Assembly: GCA_044507405.1 (NCBI GenBank)
Contig: JBIQJS010000005.1
Coordinates: 4,450-68,449, forward strand
DNA length: 64,000 nucleotides
Source: Rubrivivax sp.
GTDB taxonomy: Bacteria > Pseudomonadota > Gammaproteobacteria > Burkholderiales > Burkholderiaceae_C
Direction: 5' to 3'
Shown in pieces: positions 31,901 to 42,036 of this stretch; positions within the stretch are counted from its first letter, which is position 1; each line of letters opens with the position of its first letter. The position numbers and the translations under genes are program-made. The notes beneath the pieces were generated by a model, which was given only the letters and a program-made list of their open reading frames with translations, did no database searches and was not told the origin of the DNA.

Positions 31901-33277
31901 TCAGCCCTTCTTCTTCTGCGGCCGCGTCCAGCCGGCGATCACCACCTGCTTGCCGCGCGCCACGGCCAGCTGGCCCGCCGGCACCGGCTTGCTGATGGTG
32001 GAGCCGCCGCCGACGGTGGCGCCGTCGCCGAGCGTGACGGGCGCCACCAGCACGCAGTTGCTGCCCACGTGCACGTCGTGGCCGATCACCGTGCGGTGCT
32101 TGTTGGCGCCGTCGTAGTTGGCGGTGATGCTGCCGGCGCCGTAGTTCACGCGCTCGCCCACCGTGGCGTCGCCGAGGTAGGCGAGGTGGTTGGCCTTGGC
32201 GCCCCTAGCGAGCGTGGAGTTCTTCACCTCGACGAAGTTGCCGATGTGCACCTCCTCGCCGAGCTGGGCCCCCGGACGCAGTCGCGCATAGGGGCCGATC
32301 AGCGAGCCGGCGCCCACGCTGGCGCCTTCGGTGCCGCCGTCGATGTGGGTGTAGGGGTGGATCACCACGTCGTCGTCGATGCGGGCGTTGCGGATCACGC
32401 AGTGGGCGCCGATGCGCACGCCGGAGCCGAGGCTCACCTCGCCCTCGAAGATGCAGCCGACGTCGATCTCCACGTCGGCGCCGCACTGCAGGTTGCCGCG
32501 CAGGTCGAAGCGGGCTGGGTCGGCCAGGCGCACGCCGTCGTTCATCAGGGCTTCGGCGAGCGCGCGCTGGTGGCGGCGCTCCAGGTCGGCGAGCTGCACC
32601 GGGCTGTTCACGCCCAGCACCTCGGCCTCGGTCTCGGGTTGCGCGGCCACCACCGGCGTGCCGTCGGCCACCGCCATCGCCACGATGTCGGTCAGGTAGT
32701 ACTCGCCCTGGGCGTTGTCGTTCCGGAGGTGGGCCAGCCAGCGCTTCAGCGCCACGGTGGGCACGGCCATCATCCCGGTGTAGACCTCGCGGATGCGGCG
32801 CTGATCGGGCGTCGCGTCCTTGTGCTCGACGATGGCGCGCACCGACTCGCCCTCGCGCACGATGCGGCCGTAGCCCGTCGGATCGGCCAGGTCGATGGTC
32901 AGGAGCGCGAGCTTCTCGCCGCCGCACGCCTCGACGAGCGCGCGCGCGGTGCGCTCGGTGATGAGCGGCACGTCGCCGTTGAGGATGAGCGTGGTCCCGC
33001 CGTCATGAAGTGCAGGCACCGCCTGCTGCACCGCGTGGCCGGTGCCGAGCTGCGGCACCTGGCGCACGAAACGCAGCTGCGGAGCGCTCACGGCCGCCTC
33101 GACCTGCTCGGCGCCGTGGCCGGTGATCGTCACGATGCGATCGGCCGCAAGCCGTGTGGCCGTCTGCAACACGTGCTGCAATAGCGGCCGCCCGGCCAGC
33201 CTGTGCAGCACCTTGGGCAGGTTGGACTTCATGCGGGTACCCTTGCCCGCGGCCATGATCACGATGTCGAGTGCCAT
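31901..33277 (-). CDS. glmU: Bifunctional UDP-GlcNAc pyrophosphorylase / glucosamine-1-phosphate acetyltransferase
   Basis: AAGKGTRMKS, LGTGHA, EYYLTD, hexapeptide repeats and NYDGANK. Confidence 0.98.
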   Translation of the reverse strand: MALDIVIMAAGKGTRMKSNLPKVLHRLAGRPLLQHVLQTATRLAADRIVTITGHGAEQVEAAVSAPQLRFVRQVPQLGTGHAVQQAVPALHDGGTTLILNGDVPLITERTARALVEACGGEKLALLTIDLADPTGYGRIVREGESVRAIVEHKDATPDQRRIREVYTGMMAVPTVALKRWLAHLRNDNAQGEYYLTDIVAMAVADGTPVVAAQPETEAEVLGVNSPVQLADLERRHQRALAEALMNDGVRLADPARFDLRGNLQCGADVEIDVGCIFEGEVSLGSGVRIGAHCVIRNARIDDDVVIHPYTHIDGGTEGASVGAGSLIGPYARLRPGAQLGEEVHIGNFVEVKNSTLARGAKANHLAYLGDATVGERVNYGAGSITANYDGANKHRTVIGHDVHVGSNCVLVAPVTLGDGATVGGGSTISKPVPAGQLAVARGKQVVIAGWTRPQKKKG

Positions 33278-34166
33278 GCAACGTTTTCCCTTGAGGAGTG
33301 CCCTGATTATCGTGTGGGGCTTCGTGCTCGCCACCCTGCTGTCGGGGTGTACCGCGATGCGCTTCGCCTACGGGCAGGGGCCGGAGCTCGCCTACTGGTG
33401 GCTCGACGACTATGCCGACTTCGACGACACCCAGACGCCGCGCGTGCGCGAGGCGCTGCACGGCTGGTTCCGCTGGCACCGCGAGACGCAGCTCGAGGGT
33501 TACGCGCAACACCTCGCCCGCGTGCAGACACATGCGGCCGGGCCGATCACGCCCGAGGTGGTGTGCAGGCTCTACCTCGACTCGATCGCGCGTGTGGACC
33601 CGATGCTCGACAAGGCACTGCCGATGGCGGTGGCGACCGTGCGCAGCCTGAGCGTGCAGCAGGTGCAGCACATCGAGCGCAAGTACGTGCGTGTCAACCG
33701 CGACTTCCGCAAGGACTTCCTGCAGCCCGACCGCGAGGAGCGGCAGCAGGCGGCGCTCAAGCGCATGGTCAAGCGGGCCGAGACCTTCTACGGCAGCCTC
33801 ACCGACGCGCAGGTCGAGCTGCTGCGCCAGGGGCTGATCGGCTCGCCCTTCAACCCGGAGCTGTGGCTGGAGGAGCGCATGTTGCGCCAGCAGGAGGCGC
33901 TCGCGCTGCTGCGACGCGTGGTGCAGGAGCAGCTCGGGCCCGAAGAGACGCTCGCCGGCCTGCGCAAGGTGACGAGCCATGTGCTGCGCTCGCCGCGTGC
34001 GCTGTACGTGGACTACCAGCAGCAGCTGCTGCAGCACAACTGCAGCCTCGCCGCGCGGCTGCACAACAGCGCGAGCGCCGAGCAGCGCGCCGCTGCGGTC
34101 AAGCGCTTCAAGGGCTGGGAGGACGATGCACGTGCGCTGGCGGCCGCCGCGAAGTCGGCGCCCTGA
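33276..34166 (+). CDS. DUF6279-like helical lipoprotein (start uncertain)
   Basis: Lipobox LLSGC; YWWLDDY.D, WHRETQL and YGSLTDAQ motifs. Confidence 0.75.
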   Translation: MQRFPLRSALIIVWGFVLATLLSGCTAMRFAYGQGPELAYWWLDDYADFDDTQTPRVREALHGWFRWHRETQLEGYAQHLARVQTHAAGPITPEVVCRLYLDSIARVDPMLDKALPMAVATVRSLSVQQVQHIERKYVRVNRDFRKDFLQPDREERQQAALKRMVKRAETFYGSLTDAQVELLRQGLIGSPFNPELWLEERMLRQQEALALLRRVVQEQLGPEETLAGLRKVTSHVLRSPRALYVDYQQQLLQHNCSLAARLHNSASAEQRAAAVKRFKGWEDDARALAAAAKSAP

Positions 34167-34172
34167 GCGCCG

Positions 34173-34763
34173 TCAGGGCCCGACCGGCACGCTCACGCGC
34201 CGCGGGTTGATGCCCGTCTGCGGAAAGTCCTTGAGCGCGGCCCGGAACATGGCCGCCAGCAGCGCGCCGCTGCCCTGGCTCAGCCCGTCGCTCGCCGCCC
34301 GCGCCTCGTAGAGCGGCTGCGAGGTGCGCCGGTCGCGGATCAGCACCGCCACCTCGCGGTCGTAGCGCGGGCTGTCCATCATCATCGGGAAGGCGGGGCC
34401 CCAGTACGGGCGCCCCATGCGCGAGTAGTAGAAGGTGCCCCGCCACCAGAACGGGTCGTCGTAGTAGCCGCGGTCGGTGCGCGTGGTGCGCGCGCCGACC
34501 TGCACGGTGGTGTCGGCCTGGGCCGGGTCGGCGACCTCGGTGAAGCCGGCCGCCAGCAGCGCCGGCCGCGCCAGGCCTTCGAGCTCGGCCTGCTCCTGCG
34601 GCCGCGCCTGCTGCGAGGGCAGGCGCTCGAAGGCGAAGGTGGTGGGCTTGCGCGCGGCCGGCCACTGGCTGTAGGTGGAGACTTCACTGTCCACCGAGTT
34701 GAGGCTGGCACAGCCGCCGAGGGCGGCGACGAGGGCCAGCAGGGCAAGGACCGAAATGCGCAT
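34173..34763 (-). CDS. DUF4136-family lipoprotein
   Basis: Lipobox ALGGC; FERLPSQ, YE.RA.SDG and ALKDFP motifs. Confidence 0.78.
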   Translation of the reverse strand: MRISVLALLALVAALGGCASLNSVDSEVSTYSQWPAARKPTTFAFERLPSQQARPQEQAELEGLARPALLAAGFTEVADPAQADTTVQVGARTTRTDRGYYDDPFWWRGTFYYSRMGRPYWGPAFPMMMDSPRYDREVAVLIRDRRTSQPLYEARAASDGLSQGSGALLAAMFRAALKDFPQTGINPRRVSVPVGP

Positions 34764-34796
34764 CGTGCGTCTCCGTGTGGGGGCGGAGGCGCCGAA

Positions 34797-35714
34797 TCAA
34801 TCCTCCGCGAACCTGATCACCGCTACACCCGAAGCGGCCGGCGGGGCGCAGGATTCGTCGTCATCGAAGGCGATGTCGCCCCCTGCATCGGCCACGCCGG
34901 TCGTTTTGAGCGTGGTGAAAGGGTAGAGGTTCCTGTCCATCATGTGCGAGGGCACGATGTTGCCCATCGCGGTGAAGAGGTTGTCGATGCGGCCGGGGAA
35001 ACGCTTGTCCCAGTCGCGCAGCATGGCCTTGATCTGCACGCGCTGCAGGTTCTCCTGGTTGCCGCAGAGCGAACACGGAATGATGGGGAACTGCCTGTGC
35101 GCCGCATAGCGCTCGATGTCGGTCTCGGCCACGTAGGCGAGCGGGCGGATGACGATGTTCTTGCCGTCGTCGCTCACGAGCTTGGGCGGCATGCCCTTCA
35201 TGCGGCTGCCGAAGAACATGTTCATGAAGAGCGTCTGGATCATGTCGTCGCGGTGGTGGCCGAGCGCGATCTTGGTCGCGCCCAGCTCACCGGCCACGCG
35301 GTAGAGGATGCCGCGACGCAGGCGCGAGCACAGGCTGCACATGGTCTTGCCCTCGGGGATGAGGCGCTTGACGATGGAGTAGGTGTCCTGGTTCTCGATG
35401 TGGAAGGGCACGCCGCGCGACCTCAGGTACTCGGGCAGGATGTGCTCGGGAAAGCCCGGCTGCTTCTGGTCGAGGTTGACCGCGACGAGCTCGAAGCGGA
35501 TCGGCGCGCGCTGCTGCAGGTTCATGAGGATGTCGAGCAGCGTGTAGCTGTCCTTGCCGCCCGACAGGCACACCATCACCTTGTCGCCGTCCTCGATCAT
35601 GTTGAAGTCGGCGATCGCCTGGCCGACCTGGCGGTGCAGGCGCTTGCTGAGCTTGTTCATCTCGAAGGCGAGCTTCGCCTCCGACTTGTCGGCGGTGTCC
35701 GTCAGGGCATTCAT
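34797..35714 (-). CDS. ttcA: tRNA 2-thiocytidine(32) synthetase TtcA
   Basis: SGGKDS PP-loop, [16 protein letters not shown] and CSLCG motifs. Confidence 0.97.
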   Translation of the reverse strand: MNALTDTADKSEAKLAFEMNKLSKRLHRQVGQAIADFNMIEDGDKVMVCLSGGKDSYTLLDILMNLQQRAPIRFELVAVNLDQKQPGFPEHILPEYLRSRGVPFHIENQDTYSIVKRLIPEGKTMCSLCSRLRRGILYRVAGELGATKIALGHHRDDMIQTLFMNMFFGSRMKGMPPKLVSDDGKNIVIRPLAYVAETDIERYAAHRQFPIIPCSLCGNQENLQRVQIKAMLRDWDKRFPGRIDNLFTAMGNIVPSHMMDRNLYPFTTLKTTGVADAGGDIAFDDDESCAPPAASGVAVIRFAED

Positions 35715-36112
35715 CACATCGTTTCCTTGATTCCGAACACTTCGCAGCCCACGGCATCGCAGTCCGGATAGACATCGGGTTTTTCGGTGGAGACACGCGC
35801 GGCCTTCACACGCGGGTGCGCGAGCATGAGCTTGAGCACGTCGTCGCACAGCGTCTCCTGCAAGTGGACGTGGCCCTGCTTGATGCGCGAGCCGATGCTG
35901 CGCCGCATGAAGTCGTAGTCGACCACCTCGTCGAGGTCATCGTTCTTCGGCGTGGAGACGGTGAGCGGGATGTACAGGTCGACGTTGATCAGCACACGCT
36001 GCTCGCCGCGCTTCTCGAAGTCGTGCACGCCGATGTTGATCCACACCTCGTAGTTGCGCAGGAAGAGGCGCCGGCAATCGCGCAGGTCCAGGTGGCCGAG
36101 CAGGCTCTGCAT
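35714..36112 (-). CDS. folB: Dihydroneopterin aldolase
   Basis: [18 protein letters not shown] and EKPDVYPD motifs. Confidence 0.9.
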   Translation of the reverse strand: MQSLLGHLDLRDCRRLFLRNYEVWINIGVHDFEKRGEQRVLINVDLYIPLTVSTPKNDDLDEVVDYDFMRRSIGSRIKQGHVHLQETLCDDVLKLMLAHPRVKAARVSTEKPDVYPDCDAVGCEVFGIKETM

Positions 36113-36113
36113 G

Positions 36114-36893
36114 TCAGGCTTTCTTGTCGGGGTTGGCGATGAACATCACATCGCGCGGCTGTGGTTGCAGGTGCTGGCCGCCATCGACCAACAAGGTGGT
36201 GCCGGTGATCGCCGGCGACTCCAGCAGGAAGCGCACGCTGCGGGCGATGTCTGCTGGCGACGACGAACGCCCGAGCGGCGTGAGCCGGTGCGCCTGAGCA
36301 AACTCTTCGGCCGTCATCGCCCCGGACAGCAGCGTGACGCCCGGCGCGACGCCGCACACCCGCACCGTGGGCGCGAGCGCCTGCGCGAGCATCACGGTCG
36401 CCGCCTGCAGGGCCGCCTTGGAGAGCGTGTACGAGAAGTGGTCGGGATTGGGGTTCCAGAGCTTCTGGTCGAGCAGGTTGACGACGCAGCCCTGGCGGCC
36501 CGTGCCGGCGAGATGCCGGTGCAGCGCCTGCGCGAGCAGCACGGCCGGCGCGGTGTTGGCGCGCCAGTGCCGATCCATCGACGCGAAGCCGAAGCTCGCG
36601 GCGTCGTCGTACTCGAAGGTCGAGGCGTTGTTGACGACCGCATCGAGCCGCTTGAAACGCCCGAGCACCTCGGGCACCAGCGCGCGGCAGGCGGCTTCGT
36701 CGGCGAGGTCGGCGGCGAAGGCTTCGACGTAGGCGCCTGCCTTGCGGGCTTCGGCCACGGTGGCCTCGGCGTCCTCGCGGGAATGCCGGTAGTGCACGGC
36801 CACGTCGTAGCCGTGCGCGGCCAGGTCGAGCGCGATCTCGCGGCCCAGGCGACGGGCCGCGCCGGTGACCAGGACGACGGGGCGTTCCGACAT
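36114..36893 (-). CDS. SDR oxidoreductase, pteridine reductase/FolM-like
   Basis: TGAARRLG, VNNAS, YTLSK and VDGGQHL motifs; adjacent to folB. Confidence 0.88.
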   Translation of the reverse strand: MSERPVVLVTGAARRLGREIALDLAAHGYDVAVHYRHSREDAEATVAEARKAGAYVEAFAADLADEAACRALVPEVLGRFKRLDAVVNNASTFEYDDAASFGFASMDRHWRANTAPAVLLAQALHRHLAGTGRQGCVVNLLDQKLWNPNPDHFSYTLSKAALQAATVMLAQALAPTVRVCGVAPGVTLLSGAMTAEEFAQAHRLTPLGRSSSPADIARSVRFLLESPAITGTTLLVDGGQHLQPQPRDVMFIANPDKKA

Positions 36894-36912
36894 GGCTTCC
36901 TACAATCGCGCG

Positions 36913-38022
36913 ATGCAACACAACGAGCCCGCCAGTGTATCGGCCACGCTTGCCCGGCTGATCCGGCAGGCCATCGGCGAGGCGGGCGGCTGGCTGCCCT
37001 TCGACCGCTACATGGCGCTCGCCTTGTATGCGCCCGGCCTGGGCTATTACGCCAACGCCGGCCGCAAGTTCGGGCGGATGCCGCAGTCGGGCAGCGATTT
37101 CGTCACCGCGCCGGAGCTCACGCCCGTCTTCGGGCGCACGCTCGCCCGCCAGGTCGGGCAGGCGCTCGAGGCCAGCGAGAGCGGCGAGGTGTTCGAGTTC
37201 GGCGCCGGCTCCGGGGCGCTCGCCGAGCAGCTGCTGGAGGCGCTCGGCGAGCGCGTGAGCCGCTACACCATCGTCGACCTCTCGGGCAGCCTGCGCCAGC
37301 GCCAGCGCGAGCGGCTTGCGCGCTTTGGCGAGGTGGTGCAGTGGATCGATGCGCTGCCCGAGCGCTTCAGCGGCGTGATCGTGGGCAACGAGGTGCTGGA
37401 CGCGATGCCGGTGAAGCTGCTGCACTTCGACGGCCAGCGCTGGGCCGAGCGCGGCGTGACGGTGCAGGGCGAGGCGTTCGCCTGGGAAGACCGCCCGACC
37501 GATGCCCGCCCGCCGCACGAAGGCCCGTTCCTGCCCGGCACCGTGACCGAGGTCCATCCGCAGGCCGAGGCCTTCATCGCGACGCTCGGCGACCGGCTCG
37601 TCCGCGGCGCCGCCTTTTTCATCGACTACGGCTTCCCCGAGGCCGAGTACTACCACCCGCAGCGCCACGGCGGCACGCTGATGTGCCACCGCGCGCACCA
37701 GGCCGACACCGACCCGCTGGCCGACGTGGGCGAGAAGGACATCACCGCGCACGTGAACTTCACCGGCATCGCGCTCGCCGCGCAGGAGGCCGGCTTCGAG
37801 GTGCTGGGCTACACCTCGCAGGCGCGTTTCCTCTTGAACTGCGGTGTGATGGAGGCGCTGGAAGGGGCCGACGTGCGCGGCATCGCGCATGCGCAGAAGC
37901 TCCTGAACGAGCACGAGATGGGAGAGCTGTTCAAGGTGATCGGCCTGGCGCGTGGCTGCGACGCGGCCTTCATGCACCACCCCCTCGGCTTCGCCGAGGG
38001 CGACCGGACGCACCGGCTGTGA
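36913..38022 (+). CDS. SAM-dependent methyltransferase, MidA/NDUFAF7 family
   Basis: DFVTAPEL, EFGAGSG, NEVLDAMP, IDYG and DITAHVNF motifs. Confidence 0.92.
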   Translation: MQHNEPASVSATLARLIRQAIGEAGGWLPFDRYMALALYAPGLGYYANAGRKFGRMPQSGSDFVTAPELTPVFGRTLARQVGQALEASESGEVFEFGAGSGALAEQLLEALGERVSRYTIVDLSGSLRQRQRERLARFGEVVQWIDALPERFSGVIVGNEVLDAMPVKLLHFDGQRWAERGVTVQGEAFAWEDRPTDARPPHEGPFLPGTVTEVHPQAEAFIATLGDRLVRGAAFFIDYGFPEAEYYHPQRHGGTLMCHRAHQADTDPLADVGEKDITAHVNFTGIALAAQEAGFEVLGYTSQARFLLNCGVMEALEGADVRGIAHAQKLLNEHEMGELFKVIGLARGCDAAFMHHPLGFAEGDRTHRL

Positions 38023-38050
38023 TCTGCTGGCGACACCTGGAGCAAGCCTC

Positions 38051-38245
38051 GTGATCCGTTGGTTGATCGTCATCTTCCTCGCCCTGCTGCTCGTCAACGG
38101 CCTGCACCGCTGGCTGGAGAAGATCGGCCTCGGCCGCCTGCCCGGGGACTTGCGCTTCCGCATCTTCGGGCGCGAGGTCTTTCTGCCGATCGCGAGCAGC
38201 GTGCTGCTGAGCCTGGTGGCCGCCGGCATCGCCTACGTCGTCTGA
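38051..38245 (+). CDS. DUF2905 small membrane protein
   Basis: GLGRLPGD...FLPIASSVLLS motif; GTG start. Confidence 0.85.
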   Translation: MIRWLIVIFLALLLVNGLHRWLEKIGLGRLPGDLRFRIFGREVFLPIASSVLLSLVAAGIAYVV

Positions 38246-38348
38246 CCCCGATGGCTCCTTTGGGCGATGCCGGGCCGCCCGCGCATCCGGACACTGCCGA
38301 CCCTGCCGCCTGCGCGGCGAGATCGTCAGCCCGACCCCGGAGCCTTCC

Positions 38349-39362
38349 ATGTCACGCCTCCTTCGACTTTTTGCCGTCGCCGCGCTCGCGGCCGTGTTCT
38401 CCTTCCAGCCGGCCCGCGCCGCCGAGCCGCTGCCGCCTTCCATCGCCGCGCTCTTCGGGCGCCTGCCCGACCTCCCGGCCACGGCCGAGGCCGCGGCGTC
38501 CTGGGTGGACAAGACCGGCCGCCTCGTCCACCCGGGCCTGATCGCTTTGCAGGCCGACATCGCGGCGCACCAGCGCGCGATGGAGCGCCTCCAGTTCGCC
38601 ACCGCCGAAGACCACATGGCGCAAGGCGCCGTCGTCGCCGAGAACACGAGCCAGGGCCTGGCGAACGCCGGCATCGACATGGCACGCCTGCAGCGCGACC
38701 CGGCCTACGCCCAGCAGGTGCAGGAGCGCATGCGCCGCATGTCGCCGCAGGAGCTGATGGCGCTGTCGCAGCAGATGAACGCACCGCTCAATGCCGACCC
38801 ACGCTTTCGCAACCAGGCGCAGGCCATGGTGGAAGACGCCGCGCCCGTGCGCGCGGCGGCCGACGCCGGGCGTGCCTACACCGAGGGCCAGCCCGCACGC
38901 CTGCAGGCTCACCAGAAGCGCTGGCAGGAGGCCGACCAGGCCGCGGCGCGCCTGCGCCAGCAGCCGCTGCAGCCCGGCCTGCCCAAGCCGCGGACGGAAT
39001 GGGAGAGCCCCGGCTGCGACACCGCCTGCCAGGCGCAATGGCAGGCTTACGCCGCCAGGGTGCTGCCCCTCATGATCGCGCGCGACACCGAAGCGCTGCG
39101 CGTGCACCGCGTCGCCCTGCAGCGCCACCGCGCCGCCGTGGCCGCCGACATCCAGGCTGCCGACCGGCACCTCACCGCCGCGCGCTACGGCGCGGCCTCG
39201 CGCAGCCAGGCCCACCGCGCCAGCATCGCCGGCTACGACGCGGCGGCGCTCGGCGAAGTGAGCTTCCTCGTGGACCGTATCACCGAGAGCGTGCGTGCCG
39301 CGGCCGTGGTCACGCACTGCGGCCCGCAGATCGTGCTCGCGCCGGGCGCGGTGTGCCGCTGA
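38349..39362 (+). CDS. Hypothetical exported helical protein
   Basis: RBS GGAG, Sec signal peptide (ARA cleavage site), host-like codon usage; no family recognised. Confidence 0.72.
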   Translation: MSRLLRLFAVAALAAVFSFQPARAAEPLPPSIAALFGRLPDLPATAEAAASWVDKTGRLVHPGLIALQADIAAHQRAMERLQFATAEDHMAQGAVVAENTSQGLANAGIDMARLQRDPAYAQQVQERMRRMSPQELMALSQQMNAPLNADPRFRNQAQAMVEDAAPVRAAADAGRAYTEGQPARLQAHQKRWQEADQAAARLRQQPLQPGLPKPRTEWESPGCDTACQAQWQAYAARVLPLMIARDTEALRVHRVALQRHRAAVAADIQAADRHLTAARYGAASRSQAHRASIAGYDAAALGEVSFLVDRITESVRAAAVVTHCGPQIVLAPGAVCR

Positions 39363-39375
39363 AGGCGGCCCGGCG

Positions 39376-39963
39376 TCAGCCGCGCACCACGCGCCACACG
39401 TAGGTCACGACGATCAGGCCGACGACGACCTTGGCGACGAGGTCGATCACGTGCACGAGCGACTCGTAGCGGCTCTCCAGCGCATAGCCGGCGCCGGCCA
39501 GGAGTGCGCTCCAGAGCGCGGCGCCGAGCGTGGACCAGGCCAGGAACGGCGCCATGCCCCAGCCGGCGAGCCCCGCCGGCACGGCGACCACCGTGCGCAC
39601 GCCCGGCACCAGGCGCCCGAGCACCAGCACGGCGGCGCCGTGCCGCTGGAACCAGCGCTCGGCCCGGTCGATGTCGTCGCGCGAGACGGTGAGCCAGCGC
39701 CCGTGCCGGTCGGCCAGCGACTTGACGCGCCGGCTGCCGATGTGGCGCGCGAGCAGGAACCACGGCAGCCCGCCGACCAGCGAGCCCGCCACGCCCGCGG
39801 CGACCACGCCCCAGAGCGTGAGGTCGCCATTCGCCGCGGTGTAGCCGGCGAACGGCATGATGAGTTCGGAGGGGATGGGCGGAAAGATGTTCTCGACGAA
39901 CATCAGGAGCGCGATGGCCCAGTAGCCGTGGTCGGCGATGAAATCGATGATCGCGTCGGTCAT
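39376..39963 (-). CDS. DedA-family membrane protein
   Basis: ENIFPPIPSE, GRLVPGVRT and PAGLAG motifs. Confidence 0.92.
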   Translation of the reverse strand: MTDAIIDFIADHGYWAIALLMFVENIFPPIPSELIMPFAGYTAANGDLTLWGVVAAGVAGSLVGGLPWFLLARHIGSRRVKSLADRHGRWLTVSRDDIDRAERWFQRHGAAVLVLGRLVPGVRTVVAVPAGLAGWGMAPFLAWSTLGAALWSALLAGAGYALESRYESLVHVIDLVAKVVVGLIVVTYVWRVVRG

Positions 39964-39997
39964 GGCCCGACGCGTGGCAATCGAGGGTCCCGGCCGG

Positions 39998-41227
39998 TCA
40001 GCGCTCGTCGAGACTGTGCGCCACGGCGGCCTGCCGCGCGTTGCGGATCGCGTCACCGATGGCCGGGCCTTTCCAGCCCTGCGCCAGCGCTTCGGCCGAC
40101 ACGGCCGCGGTGTCCACCGTCAGCGCCGCATCGAGCGCACGCTGCAGCCGCTCGCGCTGCGGGTAGGGCTGGTCTTCGAGGCCGGTGCGCCCGCGCGCAT
40201 CGCATTCGCAGGCGAGCAGCAGCTCGCGGAAGCGCTGCGGCCGGCGCCAGGCGTCGCAGCGGTCCAGCAGGCGCATCACGGCGGCCGCGTTGAGCTCGCC
40301 GCTGCGGTGCACGTTGCCGTGTTCGCGCGCCACCACCACCGCGAGCTCGCGGCAGTCGTTGGGCACGCGCAGGCGCTCGCACACCGCCTCGACCAGTTTC
40401 ACGCTGCGCGCCTCGTGCGCGATGTGGCGCGGCAGCTGGTCGGCCGGCGTCGTGCCCTTGCCGAGGTCGTGCCCCAGGCAGGCGAAGCGCACGGTGAGCG
40501 GCGCGTCCAGGCGTGCCGCCATGTCGAGCACGAGCATCAGGTGCACGCCGGTGTCGACCTCGGGATGATGGGCCTCGGGCTGCGGCACGCCCCAGAGGCG
40601 GTCGACCTCGGGCAGCAGCTTGCGCAGCGCACCGCAGCGCCTCAGCACCTCGAACATGCGCGAAGGCGTGCGCTCCATCAGCCCGCGCGCGAGCTCCTGC
40701 CAGACCCGCTCGGCCACCAGCGCGTCCACCTCGCCGGCCTCGACCATCTCGCGCATGAGCGCCGTGGTCTCGGGTGCCACGGTGAAGTCGGCAAAGCGCG
40801 CCGCAAAGCGTGCCAGCCTCAGGATGCGCACCGGGTCTTCGGCGAAGGCGGGCGACACATGGCGCAGCACGCGCGCGCGCAGGTCGCGTTCGCCGCCGTA
40901 GGGGTCGATGAGGGAGCCGTCCTCGTCGCGCGCCATCGCGTTGATGGTGAGGTCGCGGCGCATCAGGTCTTCTTCCAGCGTGACGCCCGGGTCGGCATGG
41001 ACGGTGAAGCCGCGGTAGCCCGGCCCCGACTTGCGCTCGGTGCGCGCGAGCGCCACCTCTTCCTTCGTCTGCGGGTGCAGGAAGACCGGGAAGTCCTTGC
41101 CGACCGGCGTGTAGCCGGCGGCCACCATCTCCTCGGGCGTTGCGCCCACCGCGACCCAGTCGTGGTCGTGGACCGGCAGGCCCAGCAGGGCATCGCGCAC
41201 CGCGCCGCCGACCATGTACGTCTTCAT
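39998..41227 (-). CDS. cca: Multifunctional CCA-adding tRNA nucleotidyltransferase
   Basis: [23 protein letters not shown] and HD domain (HDLGK). Confidence 0.97.
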   Translation of the reverse strand: MKTYMVGGAVRDALLGLPVHDHDWVAVGATPEEMVAAGYTPVGKDFPVFLHPQTKEEVALARTERKSGPGYRGFTVHADPGVTLEEDLMRRDLTINAMARDEDGSLIDPYGGERDLRARVLRHVSPAFAEDPVRILRLARFAARFADFTVAPETTALMREMVEAGEVDALVAERVWQELARGLMERTPSRMFEVLRRCGALRKLLPEVDRLWGVPQPEAHHPEVDTGVHLMLVLDMAARLDAPLTVRFACLGHDLGKGTTPADQLPRHIAHEARSVKLVEAVCERLRVPNDCRELAVVVAREHGNVHRSGELNAAAVMRLLDRCDAWRRPQRFRELLLACECDARGRTGLEDQPYPQRERLQRALDAALTVDTAAVSAEALAQGWKGPAIGDAIRNARQAAVAHSLDER

Positions 41228-41258
41228 GGCGGGCAGTGTAGGGGCCGTGCCGTGGCGC

Positions 41259-41945
41259 TCAGCGCGAGGTGCGGTACTCCTCGTTGAAGGCGAGGAAGTC
41301 TCCTTCCGCGAGCGCGTCCTTCGTCCAGGCCGCGACGCTCGCGAGCTTCTGCACGCGGTCGATGTAGGCCGCGATGGCCGGCGTGACCGGCAGGCCGTAG
41401 GTCACGATGCGCTTCACGACCGGGGCGTAGAAGGCATCGGCGACGCTGAACTCGCCGAAGAGCATCGGCCCGCCGTAGGTGTCGAGCAGCTCGCCCCACA
41501 TCTGCACGATGCGGTCGAGGTCCGCCCGGGCGGCGGGCTGCTCGGCCAGCACGCGCGGTCCCACGTGCTGCAGCGCGGCCTCGATGTTCATGCTGAAGTG
41601 CGTGCGCAGCCCGGCGAAGCCCGAGTGCATCTCCGCCACCACGCAGCGCGCACGGGCCCGCGCCCTGGGATCGCTCGGCCACAGGCGCTTCTCGGGGTGG
41701 CGCTCGGCGACGTACTCGGCGATCGCGAGCGAATCCCAGATCACCAGGCCGTCGTCCACCAGCACCGGCACGCGCCCGGCCGGGCTGAGCTTGAAGATCT
41801 CCTTCTTGAAGGTGGAATCGGGCACGCCGTAGTCCAGGCGCATCACCGTTTCCTCGAAGGGAATGCCGGCCTCCTTGAGCAGCACCCACGGGCGCATGGA
41901 CCAGGAGGAGTAGTTCTTGTTGCCGATGTAGAGGTGCAGGGGCAT
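41259..41945 (-). CDS. Glutathione S-transferase family protein
   Basis: [26 protein letters not shown] and EMHSGF motifs. Confidence 0.92.
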   Translation of the reverse strand: MPLHLYIGNKNYSSWSMRPWVLLKEAGIPFEETVMRLDYGVPDSTFKKEIFKLSPAGRVPVLVDDGLVIWDSLAIAEYVAERHPEKRLWPSDPRARARARCVVAEMHSGFAGLRTHFSMNIEAALQHVGPRVLAEQPAARADLDRIVQMWGELLDTYGGPMLFGEFSVADAFYAPVVKRIVTYGLPVTPAIAAYIDRVQKLASVAAWTKDALAEGDFLAFNEEYRTSR

Positions 41946-42036
41946 GGGCGTCTCCGGTGGGGTGGCCCATGCTAGGGCAGGGCGGGCACGCCGTCGATGC
42001 AATGCCGGCATCGTCTCGATGCCAGGTGCGCAAGCT

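Noticed and set aside
36891..36894. Second CATG head-to-head start overlap (SDR / MidA-like methyltransferase)
   Set aside because: ATG 36892 is in frame, but ATG 36913, with TACAAT 6 nt upstream, is the more plausible leaderless start.
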